From an uncultured delta proteobacterium (lineage in GTDB: Bacteria > Myxococcota > Myxococcia > Myxococcales > Myxococcaceae), in assembly GCA_963771175.1 (NCBI GenBank), contig CAVYSY010000040.1, positions 418,756-482,755 of the forward strand: a DNA stretch of 64,000 bases, read 5' to 3'. A program made the translations under genes and the position numbers. Position 1 is the first letter of the stretch. Every line of letters begins with the position of its first letter. A model generated the notes under the pieces. The model searched no databases. It was not told the DNA's origin and saw nothing but the letters and a program-made list of their open reading frames with translations. Shown here piece by piece: positions 21,736 through 36,451 of the stretch.

Positions 21736-22803
21736 TCAGTCCGGCGCCAGCAGCAGCAGGTGCCGTGGGTGCCAGGTGGTGCTCAGCGGCCCCGAGCCAT
21801 ACGGCCCCAGCGCCTCCAGCACCCCCTCCTGCCAATCGGAAGGAATCTCCTCCTCGCCGTGGAATGCGCCCAGCAGCGCTCCGGCGATGGCCCCGTTCGC
21901 ATCCGCATCTCCGCCCCGGTTGACCACGTCCACCACCCCGGCCTCGAAGCTGGGGGCGTGGAGCAATTCCCAGTAGGCCAGCCGGAAGGCCACCCGGACG
22001 TGGTTCGACTGTAGATGCAGGTGCAGATCCGGCCCGTAGAGCATCGGGTCGTCCCGCTGCGCGGCGGCCAGGTCGTCCTTGAGGGCGGCCGTGGCGGCGG
22101 ACACCTCCTGAACGAAGTCAGCGGCCGAGCGGCCCAGCGATGCGCTGGCCAGGGATAGCCCGCTCACCGCGGCGGTGATGAGGTCCTCCACCTTCAGCTT
22201 CGTGCCCGCGGTGATGGCGTGGGCGATGGAGCCATTGAGGGCGGCGCACGCGAGCTGGCAGCACGGATCGAAGTGCGTGAGCGCGGAGTCCGCGAGCGAG
22301 GCCTGCACCCGCGCCTGGGTGTCCTTGTGGAAGAAGACGCCGATGGGGGCGGTGCGTGCGAGGCTGCCATTGCCCGCCCCGCGCCGGAAACCGCGCAGCC
22401 ACACGCGGCGCGCGGCCGTCGCCCGGGGCAGGCCGGACTCGGCCATCTCGGTCAGCACCTCGCGGGTGGCGTCGCTCATTCCGGGGGCATGCCCCATCCA
22501 GGCGAGGTAGCGGCGCGGCATCTCGTCCGCGTCATAGCACCCGCGCTCGCGCAGGCCCGCGCCCAGGACGCCTGCCTGCTGGCCGCTTTCCCCCACCTGG
22601 CCGCGCCGCAGCTCGAAGGGGCCACCCCCCTTCAGCTCCCAGTAGGGCCCATCCGCGAGCTGGGGGAAGGGTGGGGCGACGAGGCGCCTTGTTCTCAAGG
22701 GGACACCGAGCGCATCACCCACGGAGAGGCCCAGGAGAGCGCCTCGGCTGCGCAGGCGCGGGTGCGGATCAGGAGCGGGGGCGGAGGGTCGTCGCGGAGG
22801 CAT
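21736..22803 (-). CDS. ADP-ribosylglycohydrolase family protein
   Basis: RGALLGLSVGDALG, AGNGSLARTAP, SALTH, VNRGGDADANGAIAGALLGA. Confidence 0.9.
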   Translation of the reverse strand: MPPRRPSAPAPDPHPRLRSRGALLGLSVGDALGVPLRTRRLVAPPFPQLADGPYWELKGGGPFELRRGQVGESGQQAGVLGAGLRERGCYDADEMPRRYLAWMGHAPGMSDATREVLTEMAESGLPRATAARRVWLRGFRRGAGNGSLARTAPIGVFFHKDTQARVQASLADSALTHFDPCCQLACAALNGSIAHAITAGTKLKVEDLITAAVSGLSLASASLGRSAADFVQEVSAATAALKDDLAAAQRDDPMLYGPDLHLHLQSNHVRVAFRLAYWELLHAPSFEAGVVDVVNRGGDADANGAIAGALLGAFHGEEEIPSDWQEGVLEALGPYGSGPLSTTWHPRHLLLLAPD

Positions 22804-22833
22804 GGTGAGGCTGGCGGGGCTTCAGGGGGCTGA

Positions 22834-24195
<1,362 letters not shown>

Positions 24196-24210
24196 GGAAA
24201 AGAGAGAGAC

Positions 24211-25005
24211 GTGGCCGACAAGAAACCTCGCATCCTGGTCTCCAATGACGACGGCTACTTCTCCGATGGCCTCCGCTCCCTCGTGGAGGCGGTGAGCCCG
24301 TTGGGGGAGGTGTGGGTGGTGGCGCCGGACCGCGAGCAGAGCGCGGCCTCGCACTCCATCTCCCTCAACCGCCCCCTGCGCATCACCGAGGTGCGTGAGC
24401 GCTGGTTCGCCGTGGATGGCACCCCGGCGGACTGCGCTTATCTGGCGATCAATCACCTCATGAAGGATGATCGCCCGCGCATCATGGTGTCCGGCATCAA
24501 CCACGGGGCCAATCTGGCTGACGACGTCAACTACTCGGGCACGGTGGCGGCCGCTCGCGAGGCGGCGTTCCTGGGTATTCCGTCCATCGCCTTCAGCCTG
24601 GTGTCGCGCGCGCCGTTCGACTTCCAGCACGCGGCGCGCTTCGCCCGCTCGTTGGTGGCGGCCGCGCTCGCCCAGCCCCAGTTGCCGCCGAGGATGCTGC
24701 TCAGCGTCAACATTCCCCGGGGTGAGCCCCAGGGCTACGCCATCACCCGGCTGGGTCGTCACTCGTACGGGTATGACGTGGTGGAGAAGGAGGATCCGCG
24801 CGGTCGCAAGTACTACTGGATCGGCGGCACCTCCTACGAGCACGAGGACATCCCTGGCAGCGACTGCAACGCCGTCCACCAGGAGCGCCGCATCTCGATG
24901 ACGCCGCTCCACTTCGAGCTCACCGACACGCGGAGCATGGCCGAGCTGGCCGGCTGGTCCCTCGAGGGCTTCCCGCGCTTCGACATGGCCAAGGGAGGCG
25001 ACTGA
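24211..25005 (+). CDS. surE: 5'/3'-nucleotidase SurE
   Basis: ILVSNDDG, GTPADC, SGINHGAN, YSGTVAAA. Confidence 0.97.
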   Translation: MADKKPRILVSNDDGYFSDGLRSLVEAVSPLGEVWVVAPDREQSAASHSISLNRPLRITEVRERWFAVDGTPADCAYLAINHLMKDDRPRIMVSGINHGANLADDVNYSGTVAAAREAAFLGIPSIAFSLVSRAPFDFQHAARFARSLVAAALAQPQLPPRMLLSVNIPRGEPQGYAITRLGRHSYGYDVVEKEDPRGRKYYWIGGTSYEHEDIPGSDCNAVHQERRISMTPLHFELTDTRSMAELAGWSLEGFPRFDMAKGGD

Positions 25006-25007
25006 AG

Positions 25008-25913
25008 TTGGCGGGGGCGGGGGCCAGTTGGGCGCGGCCTGCGCTCCTCGCGCTGCTCGCGCTCCTGGGCACCACGGGCTGTGTGCTGGTGCCGAGGGCC
25101 GGCCCCCGTCCATCCGCCGAGCCCGTCTCCGAGGCGCCCCCCCTGGTGCTCGGAGAGCTGCGCGAGCCCCACCCGGAGCCGGAGCTCATCTCCGTCCGGC
25201 ACACGGTGGCCCCGGGCGAGACGATGTACCGGATCGCCAAGAACTACGGCATCACCGTGGAGGAGTTGTCCGAGGCCAACGGGATCGATGACCCACGCAC
25301 CCTCTCCGTGGGACAGGAACTGCTCATCCCGGGCTTCGAGAAGCCGGTGCCGGTGGCCACCGAGTCCTCGCCGACTCCGGCGCCGGGCAATCAGCGACCC
25401 ACGCCGAGCACGAAGCCACCCGCGGCGGGAGACCCGGCGAGGACTCCGGTCATCGTGAGGGCTCCAGCTTCGCGCGCGACGACACGGCCCGGCTCCCAGC
25501 CACCCTCGTCCCGCCCCGTGCCGGAGACGAAGGGGATGTTGGACTGGCCCTTGCGGGGCGTGCTGTACGCCCGGTTTGGCAAGAAGGGGCGCGAGCCGCA
25601 CGACGGCATCGACCTGGCCGTGCCCGTGGGCACACCCGTGAAGACCGCCCAGGAAGGGGAGGTGCTGTATGCGGGCGAGCAGCGCGGCTACGGGCTCATC
25701 GTCATCATCCGGCACTCGGATCGTCTCATCACGCTCTATTCCCACAACCGCGACCTGCGCGTGAAGAGCGGCCAGAAGGTGCGGCGCGGGCAGGTGATCG
25801 CCACCGTGGGAGAGTCCGGCAAGACGAGCGGCCCGCAGCTCCACTTCGAGGTGCGTGTCGATGGCAAGCCGGCGGATCCGCTCGACTACCTGGGGCCTCT
25901 GCCGTCGTCCTGA
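25008..25913 (+). CDS. nlpD: LysM plus M23 peptidase lipoprotein (NlpD-like)
   Basis: Lipobox TTGC; LysM HTVAPGETMYRIAKNYG; M23 HDGID, YSH, QLHFEVR; follows surE. Confidence 0.85.
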   Translation: MAGAGASWARPALLALLALLGTTGCVLVPRAGPRPSAEPVSEAPPLVLGELREPHPEPELISVRHTVAPGETMYRIAKNYGITVEELSEANGIDDPRTLSVGQELLIPGFEKPVPVATESSPTPAPGNQRPTPSTKPPAAGDPARTPVIVRAPASRATTRPGSQPPSSRPVPETKGMLDWPLRGVLYARFGKKGREPHDGIDLAVPVGTPVKTAQEGEVLYAGEQRGYGLIVIIRHSDRLITLYSHNRDLRVKSGQKVRRGQVIATVGESGKTSGPQLHFEVRVDGKPADPLDYLGPLPSS

Positions 25914-26042
25914 GCGGGCACCCCCAGCGCTGGTCGCATGGCTGGTTGCTCGAAGACACTCCACGAATGGCATGCCCCTGAGTGGCCCCCGAGCGACCAG
26001 GCGCTGACCGGCGAATCCCCGGGCCCTTCCTATCTTCCGGGA

Positions 26043-26594
26043 ATGAATCCTTTCCACATGCAGCGGATGGGCCGGGTGCTCGGCATGGCCGCCTTGCTTG
26101 TGCTCGGGGCCTCGGGCGCCAGGGCCGCCAACCCGTACCTCTCTCTTCGCACCCCGGAAGGCGTCATCGTGGCCCGGGTCTCCGAGGCGCGCATCGTGGG
26201 TCCCGATATCCGAGTCACCCGTGACGTGAAGACGCTGCGCGGGAGGGCCTTCGGCCAGACCGTGTTCCTCGGGCTCAACGGCAATGAGGTGGGGGGCACG
26301 GTGGGCAGGAACCTGTCGCGGCTGAGCTTCGAGCACGAGGGCGAAGTCCTGAAGGCAGAGGGGGCCTTCTACGGCAACCTCGCGCGGTTGAGCCTCAGCG
26401 CGCGGGGACTCTCCGGCTCGGTGGGCGCATGCAGCTACGAGCTGAATGCCATCGGGCAGGGGGTCTACCGGGGCTCGCGCATCTGCGGCCCGCTGGAGCA
26501 GTCCGTGCCCGTGGTTCTCGTGGTGCCGCACACGCTCGTGGGGCAGGGCCCCGCGATGACCCTGGCCGCGCTCATGCTCCTCCTGGGCGGCTGA
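26043..26594 (+). CDS. Hypothetical exported protein
   Basis: Signal-peptide-like segment, Gly-rich beta repeats, hydrophobic C-terminus; start uncertain. Confidence 0.65.
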   Translation: MNPFHMQRMGRVLGMAALLVLGASGARAANPYLSLRTPEGVIVARVSEARIVGPDIRVTRDVKTLRGRAFGQTVFLGLNGNEVGGTVGRNLSRLSFEHEGEVLKAEGAFYGNLARLSLSARGLSGSVGACSYELNAIGQGVYRGSRICGPLEQSVPVVLVVPHTLVGQGPAMTLAALMLLLGG

Positions 26595-26716
26595 GGCAAG
26601 AGTCCGCGGGAGCCCCCCTCGGAGCGCCCCCGGCGGCCATCCGAGCGGGCAGGGCGTCCTGCTGGCTGGCTTCTCACCGCCCACGGTCGGCTGTCTGGTA
26701 CTAGAGTACGGCCCCC

Positions 26717-27796
26717 GTGAGCCGCTTCCTGCCGCTGCTGCCCGTACTCCTGCTCGCCCCGATTTCTCGGGCGCAGTCGTCCTCCTCGGGTCCGGAGGTG
26801 GCCTCCCCCGCTGTGGTGGTTCCTCCTGAACCCCTGGAGACCTCCGCGCCCGCGGCGGAAGCTCCCACCGCTGTCGTCGTCGCCATCCTCCCCCTGGAGG
26901 CCAATGAGGAGGCCCGGGAGCAGGCCCCGGGTCTGACGGCGCTTCTCGTCAGCCGGCTCGCCGAGTCTCCCCGCGTCGCGGTGTCCTCCCGCGCGGATCA
27001 GGAGGCCGTACGCGCCGCTGGGGTCTGTGCCGACGGCTCGTGTCTGGATGCTCCCCCGGGTTCACCCGGCTCCGGCAAGGCGCGTTACGTCATCACGGGC
27101 CGGCTCGATGGCTTCGGCTCACGCTACATCTTCACCACCAACCTCATGGACTCGGAGAGCGGGCGCGCCCTGGCCCGGCCTCGCATCGAGGTGACCGCCA
27201 AGGAGGCTTTGCCTCGCGCCGCCGTGTCGCTCGCGGATCAGCTCCTCGCGACGCTCGTCCCGGATCCCACCGAGCGTGCCTCCTCGCCGGATCCTTCCGT
27301 GTCCTCGAGGCCGCGCGCCAACTCGTTCGTCGTTGGCCTGCGGTTCAACAACAGCCTCATCTCCGACTTCGGCTCGTTCAATCCCGGTGGTGACGTGGAG
27401 CTTGGCTTCCACTTCCATCCCGAGTGGGTCGTCTTCGGCCAGGTGGGCCTCACCTATGTCACTGGCGAGGCGGAGGGTCGCAAGGGCGGCCTCAACGTCC
27501 TCCCCAGCGTGCTCGGTCTGCGCCACTACCACAATGCCGAGGGAGCCATCCGCCCGTACTGGGGGCTCGGCCTCGGCATCCAGTTGTCCTTCGGCGAGTA
27601 CGGCATCTTCCAGCAGACGGGCCCGCTGCCCACCGTCATCGGCTTCACCGGCCTCGAGTTCCTCGTCGCCGGCCACCTCGGCATCCAGGTCGAGGCCTCC
27701 ACCAACATCGCCCAGGCCACGCTCGGCCTCACCGATGGCGGCCTCGGCAGTGGTCTCAACCTCGATCTCAATGCCGGCATTGCCTGGCACTTCTGA
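26717..27796 (+). CDS. Exported protein with a CsgG/TolB_N-like domain and a C-terminal outer-membrane beta-barrel
   Basis: Signal peptide; VAILPL...ARYVITGRL; amphipathic strands ending AGIAWHF. Confidence 0.7.
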   Translation: MSRFLPLLPVLLLAPISRAQSSSSGPEVASPAVVVPPEPLETSAPAAEAPTAVVVAILPLEANEEAREQAPGLTALLVSRLAESPRVAVSSRADQEAVRAAGVCADGSCLDAPPGSPGSGKARYVITGRLDGFGSRYIFTTNLMDSESGRALARPRIEVTAKEALPRAAVSLADQLLATLVPDPTERASSPDPSVSSRPRANSFVVGLRFNNSLISDFGSFNPGGDVELGFHFHPEWVVFGQVGLTYVTGEAEGRKGGLNVLPSVLGLRHYHNAEGAIRPYWGLGLGIQLSFGEYGIFQQTGPLPTVIGFTGLEFLVAGHLGIQVEASTNIAQATLGLTDGGLGSGLNLDLNAGIAWHF

Positions 27797-27813
27797 GTCC
27801 GGAGTCTCCGCAC

Positions 27814-28950
27814 ATGCACCCGCGCTGGCGTGTCCTTCCCCTGCTCGCCCTCCTCGCCGCCGGTTGTGAGGATGGACCCAAACCCCCCGGCCCCAAGGAG
27901 CGGGCCGAGGGCTACTACATCAAGGGCACCACCGAGTACCTCCAGGGCAGGTTCGACGAGGCGCTCGCGTCCTTCAACGCCATGAAGGAGATCGTCCCGG
28001 ACGACCCCCGCCTGCCCGCGGCCTACGGCGAGCTCTACCTCTCCATGGGCCGCATCAACGACGCCGCCACCTGGTTCGAGCTCGCCCTCCAGCGCGATCC
28101 CAAGCGCTCCACCAATTGGAGCCGGATCGGCTTCATCCACGCTCAGCTCGGCAAGCTCGACGAGGCCCAGAGCGATCTGCGCAAGGCCATCGCCCTCTAC
28201 CCCAAGGACTTCAACGCCCTCGAGGGGCTCGCGGAGCTCCACCTCAAGCGCGGCGAGAAGGATGCCGCCGTGAATCACTTCACCCTCGCCGCCGAGGCCA
28301 GCCCCGACGGTGCCAAATCCGTCCTCGTGCTGCGCGCCGTCGAAGTGCTCACGGGAGATGGGCGCCACTCCGAGGCCCTCCAGCTCCTCGGTCAGTGGGC
28401 GGCGAAGGGGGTGCGGACGCCCGATCTGCTCACCATGCTCGGGGACGAGCTGGTGCGCGCCGGTCAGCTCCTTCCCGCGGCCGAGTCCTACCGCGAGGCC
28501 GCCAGCCAATCGCCGAGGGATCCCACGCTGTGGGAGTTGGTCGGGGAGATCTACACGCGGCTCGACAAACCGGGGGAGGCCCTCGCGGCCTACCGAGAGT
28601 CCCTGCGCGTGAAGGACCGCGCCATCGTCCATGTGGCCCTCGCGCGCATCCACCTGGGACGCAACGATCGCGAGGCCGCCGAGGAGGAGCTGGGGCTCGC
28701 CCTCGAGTCCGTCTCGGGCGCCGACGTGCGCGAGCTCTCCGAGCTGGCCGCGCTGCTCTCCACGCTCGGGCGCAAGCCGGATGCCCTGCGTATCCTCACC
28801 AGCCTCAGCGCCGAGCCGGACCACGCCAAGGACGTGGAGCTGCAGCTTCGCACCGCGGGTCTCGCCCAGGAACTGAAGGACGAGGCCACTGTGCGCACCG
28901 TGTGCGCCCGCATCGCGAGCAGCGGGGCGAAGGTCAAGAAGTGCCCCTGA
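27814..28950 (+). CDS. TPR-repeat lipoprotein
   Basis: Lipobox LAAGC; multiple TPR motifs. Confidence 0.85.
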   Translation: MHPRWRVLPLLALLAAGCEDGPKPPGPKERAEGYYIKGTTEYLQGRFDEALASFNAMKEIVPDDPRLPAAYGELYLSMGRINDAATWFELALQRDPKRSTNWSRIGFIHAQLGKLDEAQSDLRKAIALYPKDFNALEGLAELHLKRGEKDAAVNHFTLAAEASPDGAKSVLVLRAVEVLTGDGRHSEALQLLGQWAAKGVRTPDLLTMLGDELVRAGQLLPAAESYREAASQSPRDPTLWELVGEIYTRLDKPGEALAAYRESLRVKDRAIVHVALARIHLGRNDREAAEEELGLALESVSGADVRELSELAALLSTLGRKPDALRILTSLSAEPDHAKDVELQLRTAGLAQELKDEATVRTVCARIASSGAKVKKCP

Positions 28951-29002
28951 GCCCTCTCTGAGACGCAATCAGGGCGGAATAGTGCGGTGAGGCCGCCGGC
29001 TG

Positions 29003-29161
29003 CGTTTCACTTCTCATCGATGAGGAGTGAAACGGGGTAGGGCCATTCCGCTTCCTCATCGATGAGGAGTGAAACGGGGCAGGGTCATTCCGCTGCTCAT
29101 CGATGAGGAGTGAAACGGGGCAGGGTCATTCCGCTGCTCATCGATGAGGAGTGAAACGGGG
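29003..29161. repeat. Four tandem 41-42 bp units, each built on the palindrome CGTTTCACT(T/C)CTCATCGATGAGGAGTGAAACG (REP/BIME-like)
   Basis: CTCATCGATGAGGAGTGAAACGGGG at 29013, 29055, 29096 and 29137. Confidence 0.9.
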
Positions 29162-29164
29162 TCC

Positions 29165-29828
29165 CTAGATCTTTCCGCCCGGCAGCTTGCGGTACACGCC
29201 CACCACCTGGCCCAGGAGCATCGTCGAGCGGAACTCCGCCTTGCTCACGTAGATGGGCTGCATGGTGGCGTTGGCCGGCTGGAAGCGGATGCGGTCGCCC
29301 TCGGGGTAGTACCGCTTCACCGTGGCCTCGTCCTCGATGAGCGCCACCACGATGTCCCCGGCTGCGCCTGCGGCGTCTTGCGCACGAAGAGGTAGTCCCC
29401 GTCGAAGATGCCGTCCTCGATCATCGAGTTGCCCTTCACCCGAAGTGCGAAGACCTCGCGCCCGCTGGCCGCCCAGCAGGAAGCTGTCGATCCGGACGGA
29501 GTCCTCCGACGTTCTCCTGCGCCAACGCGGGAGCGCCGGCCGCCACCTTGCCCAGCAGCGGTACCTCCACCATCCCCGATTCCTTCTTCACCCCCAGGCC
29601 CAGCACCAGCCGCGCTCGCTTGGTCGGTACCAGCGACCGGCTCTGCTGCTCGCCCCGGTTCAGGTAGCCCTTGCGCTCCAGCGCCTTGAGATGGTCGTTC
29701 ACCCCGTTGGTCGAGCGGATGTCCATCTCCTCGCCAATCTCGCGGATGGTCGGCGGGAAGCCCCGCGTCTCCGTCTCCTTGACGATGAAGGCCAGGATCT
29801 CCCGCTGGCGTTCGGTCAGCTCTTCCAT
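29165..29828 (-). CDS. lexA: SOS repressor LexA (frameshifted)
   Basis: [12 protein letters not shown]...[32 protein letters not shown]. Confidence 0.95.
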
Positions 29829-29891
29829 GTCTCGCTCCCTCGTCTGGTGGGCAGGCCACCAACGAAACAGGCTTTCAGTACCGTCATGCTC

Positions 29892-29908
29892 CCTGAACAT
29901 ACGTATAG
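29892..29908 (-). promoter_or_regulatory. Myxococcus-type LexA box upstream of lexA
   Basis: CTATACGTATGTTCAGG versus the M. xanthus consensus CTRHAMRYBYGTTCAGS (one mismatch). Confidence 0.75.
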
Positions 29909-30011
29909 AGTCAATTCGTTCAAGGATGAGCACGCACAACCCGTGTGGGTTCTTCACCGCCCAACAGGTGCCTGCGGTCCAGTGTCTTCTGCGCGTAGAA
30001 TTCGAAGCACC

Positions 30012-35186
<5,175 letters not shown>

Positions 35187-35221
35187 GATATGGTGCTCGC
35201 CTGAGGTAGGTTCGGGGTCGC

Positions 35222-36193
35222 ATGGATGCCCCCCGCTCCCGCCGGCGCAGCACGCCGTTCCTCCTTGGCCTCATCGCCATCCTGGCGGCGCTGCCGCTGG
35301 GTTATTTCCTCTTCCTGCATGAGCCCCCGGCTCCGCCGCCTCCGCCCGTGGTGGAGGCCCCGCCCGTGCGGCCCCAGGAGGAGCCGAAGCGCCCGGCGGA
35401 GCTCAAGCTGGAGGAAGTCAGCGGCACGGTGGAGGTCCGCCGCGGCGCGGGGGAGTGGCGTCCCGTCAAGGCCGGCGAGGCGCTGCGCCCCTCGGACTCG
35501 GTGCGCACCCTGCATGGCTCCTACGCGGTGGTCATCAATGGCGAGGCCGTGGAGGTCCGCATGGACGCCGGTACCGAGCTGACGATCGAGGAGCTCACCC
35601 ACTCGCTCTCCCGCTTCCTGCTGCGCAAGGGTCGGACGACGACCCGCGTCCGGCCCGGCGCCCGCCAGACCGTCGAGGTGACGGCCGCTGGCAGCGACGC
35701 GGTGGCCCGTACCGAGGGCGGTACCTTCGCCATGAGCAACAACGGCGCGGGCACCGTCGCCGTGGCCACCCGGGAGGGCGAGGTCACCTTCCTGGGTCGG
35801 GGCAAGGTGGTCATCGTCCGCGCCGGCCAGCAGTCCATCGTCCTCCCTGGTCGCGGTCCCTCGGATCCCACGCCCATCCCCTCGAGCCTCCTCCTCAAGG
35901 TGAGCTGGCCCGCCCGCTCCACGGTGTCGAAGCGCCAGCTCGTCGTCTCCGGGCAGACCGAGCCCGGTGCCCACGTGGACGTGGCGGGGGAGTTCGTCCT
36001 CACGGACGAGCATGGCCGCTTCTCCCGCCCCGTGTCGCTCCAGGAGGGTCGCAACACCATGCAGGTCCAGGCCCTGTCCGTGGGGGGCCTGCATCAGCAG
36101 GAGCAGCACGACCTCACCGTGGACACCCGGCCTCCGGACAAGGTCATCGTGGACCCAGGAATGTGGAGTGACCCAGCCCCCAAGCGCGACTGA
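35222..36193 (+). CDS. FecR-domain membrane protein with a C-terminal Ig-like domain
   Basis: N-terminal TM; SGTVEVRRG..W....GEAL...DSVRT FecR motif; VSGQTEPG...VSLQEGRN Ig motif. Confidence 0.8.
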   Translation: MDAPRSRRRSTPFLLGLIAILAALPLGYFLFLHEPPAPPPPPVVEAPPVRPQEEPKRPAELKLEEVSGTVEVRRGAGEWRPVKAGEALRPSDSVRTLHGSYAVVINGEAVEVRMDAGTELTIEELTHSLSRFLLRKGRTTTRVRPGARQTVEVTAAGSDAVARTEGGTFAMSNNGAGTVAVATREGEVTFLGRGKVVIVRAGQQSIVLPGRGPSDPTPIPSSLLLKVSWPARSTVSKRQLVVSGQTEPGAHVDVAGEFVLTDEHGRFSRPVSLQEGRNTMQVQALSVGGLHQQEQHDLTVDTRPPDKVIVDPGMWSDPAPKRD

Positions 36194-36451
36194 TGACGAC
36201 CGCACAGACGAGAGCCTTGCTGCTTGTCTGCCCGGTCTGCAACTTGCATACTCTCAAGGTCTGAGAGTCACCCTGTACAAGGGCAATCCAGGGCGAAAGC
36301 CTTGGTGCGCAAAGCCGTGGGGCCTGAAGTAGGGCCGGCCGTGGTTGCCGTGGAAGCTGGCGCCCTTGGGCGCATGGGGGGGGCGGAAGCCCTGGAGCGT
36401 CCTTGGCCAGGGGGTGTGTCTCGCCCTAGGTCCAACTGGAGGTCAGCCTCG

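Noticed and set aside
29003..29161. CRISPR array
   Set aside because: Intervening sequences are near-identical and only about 9-16 bp, so there are no unique spacers, and no cas genes are in the window
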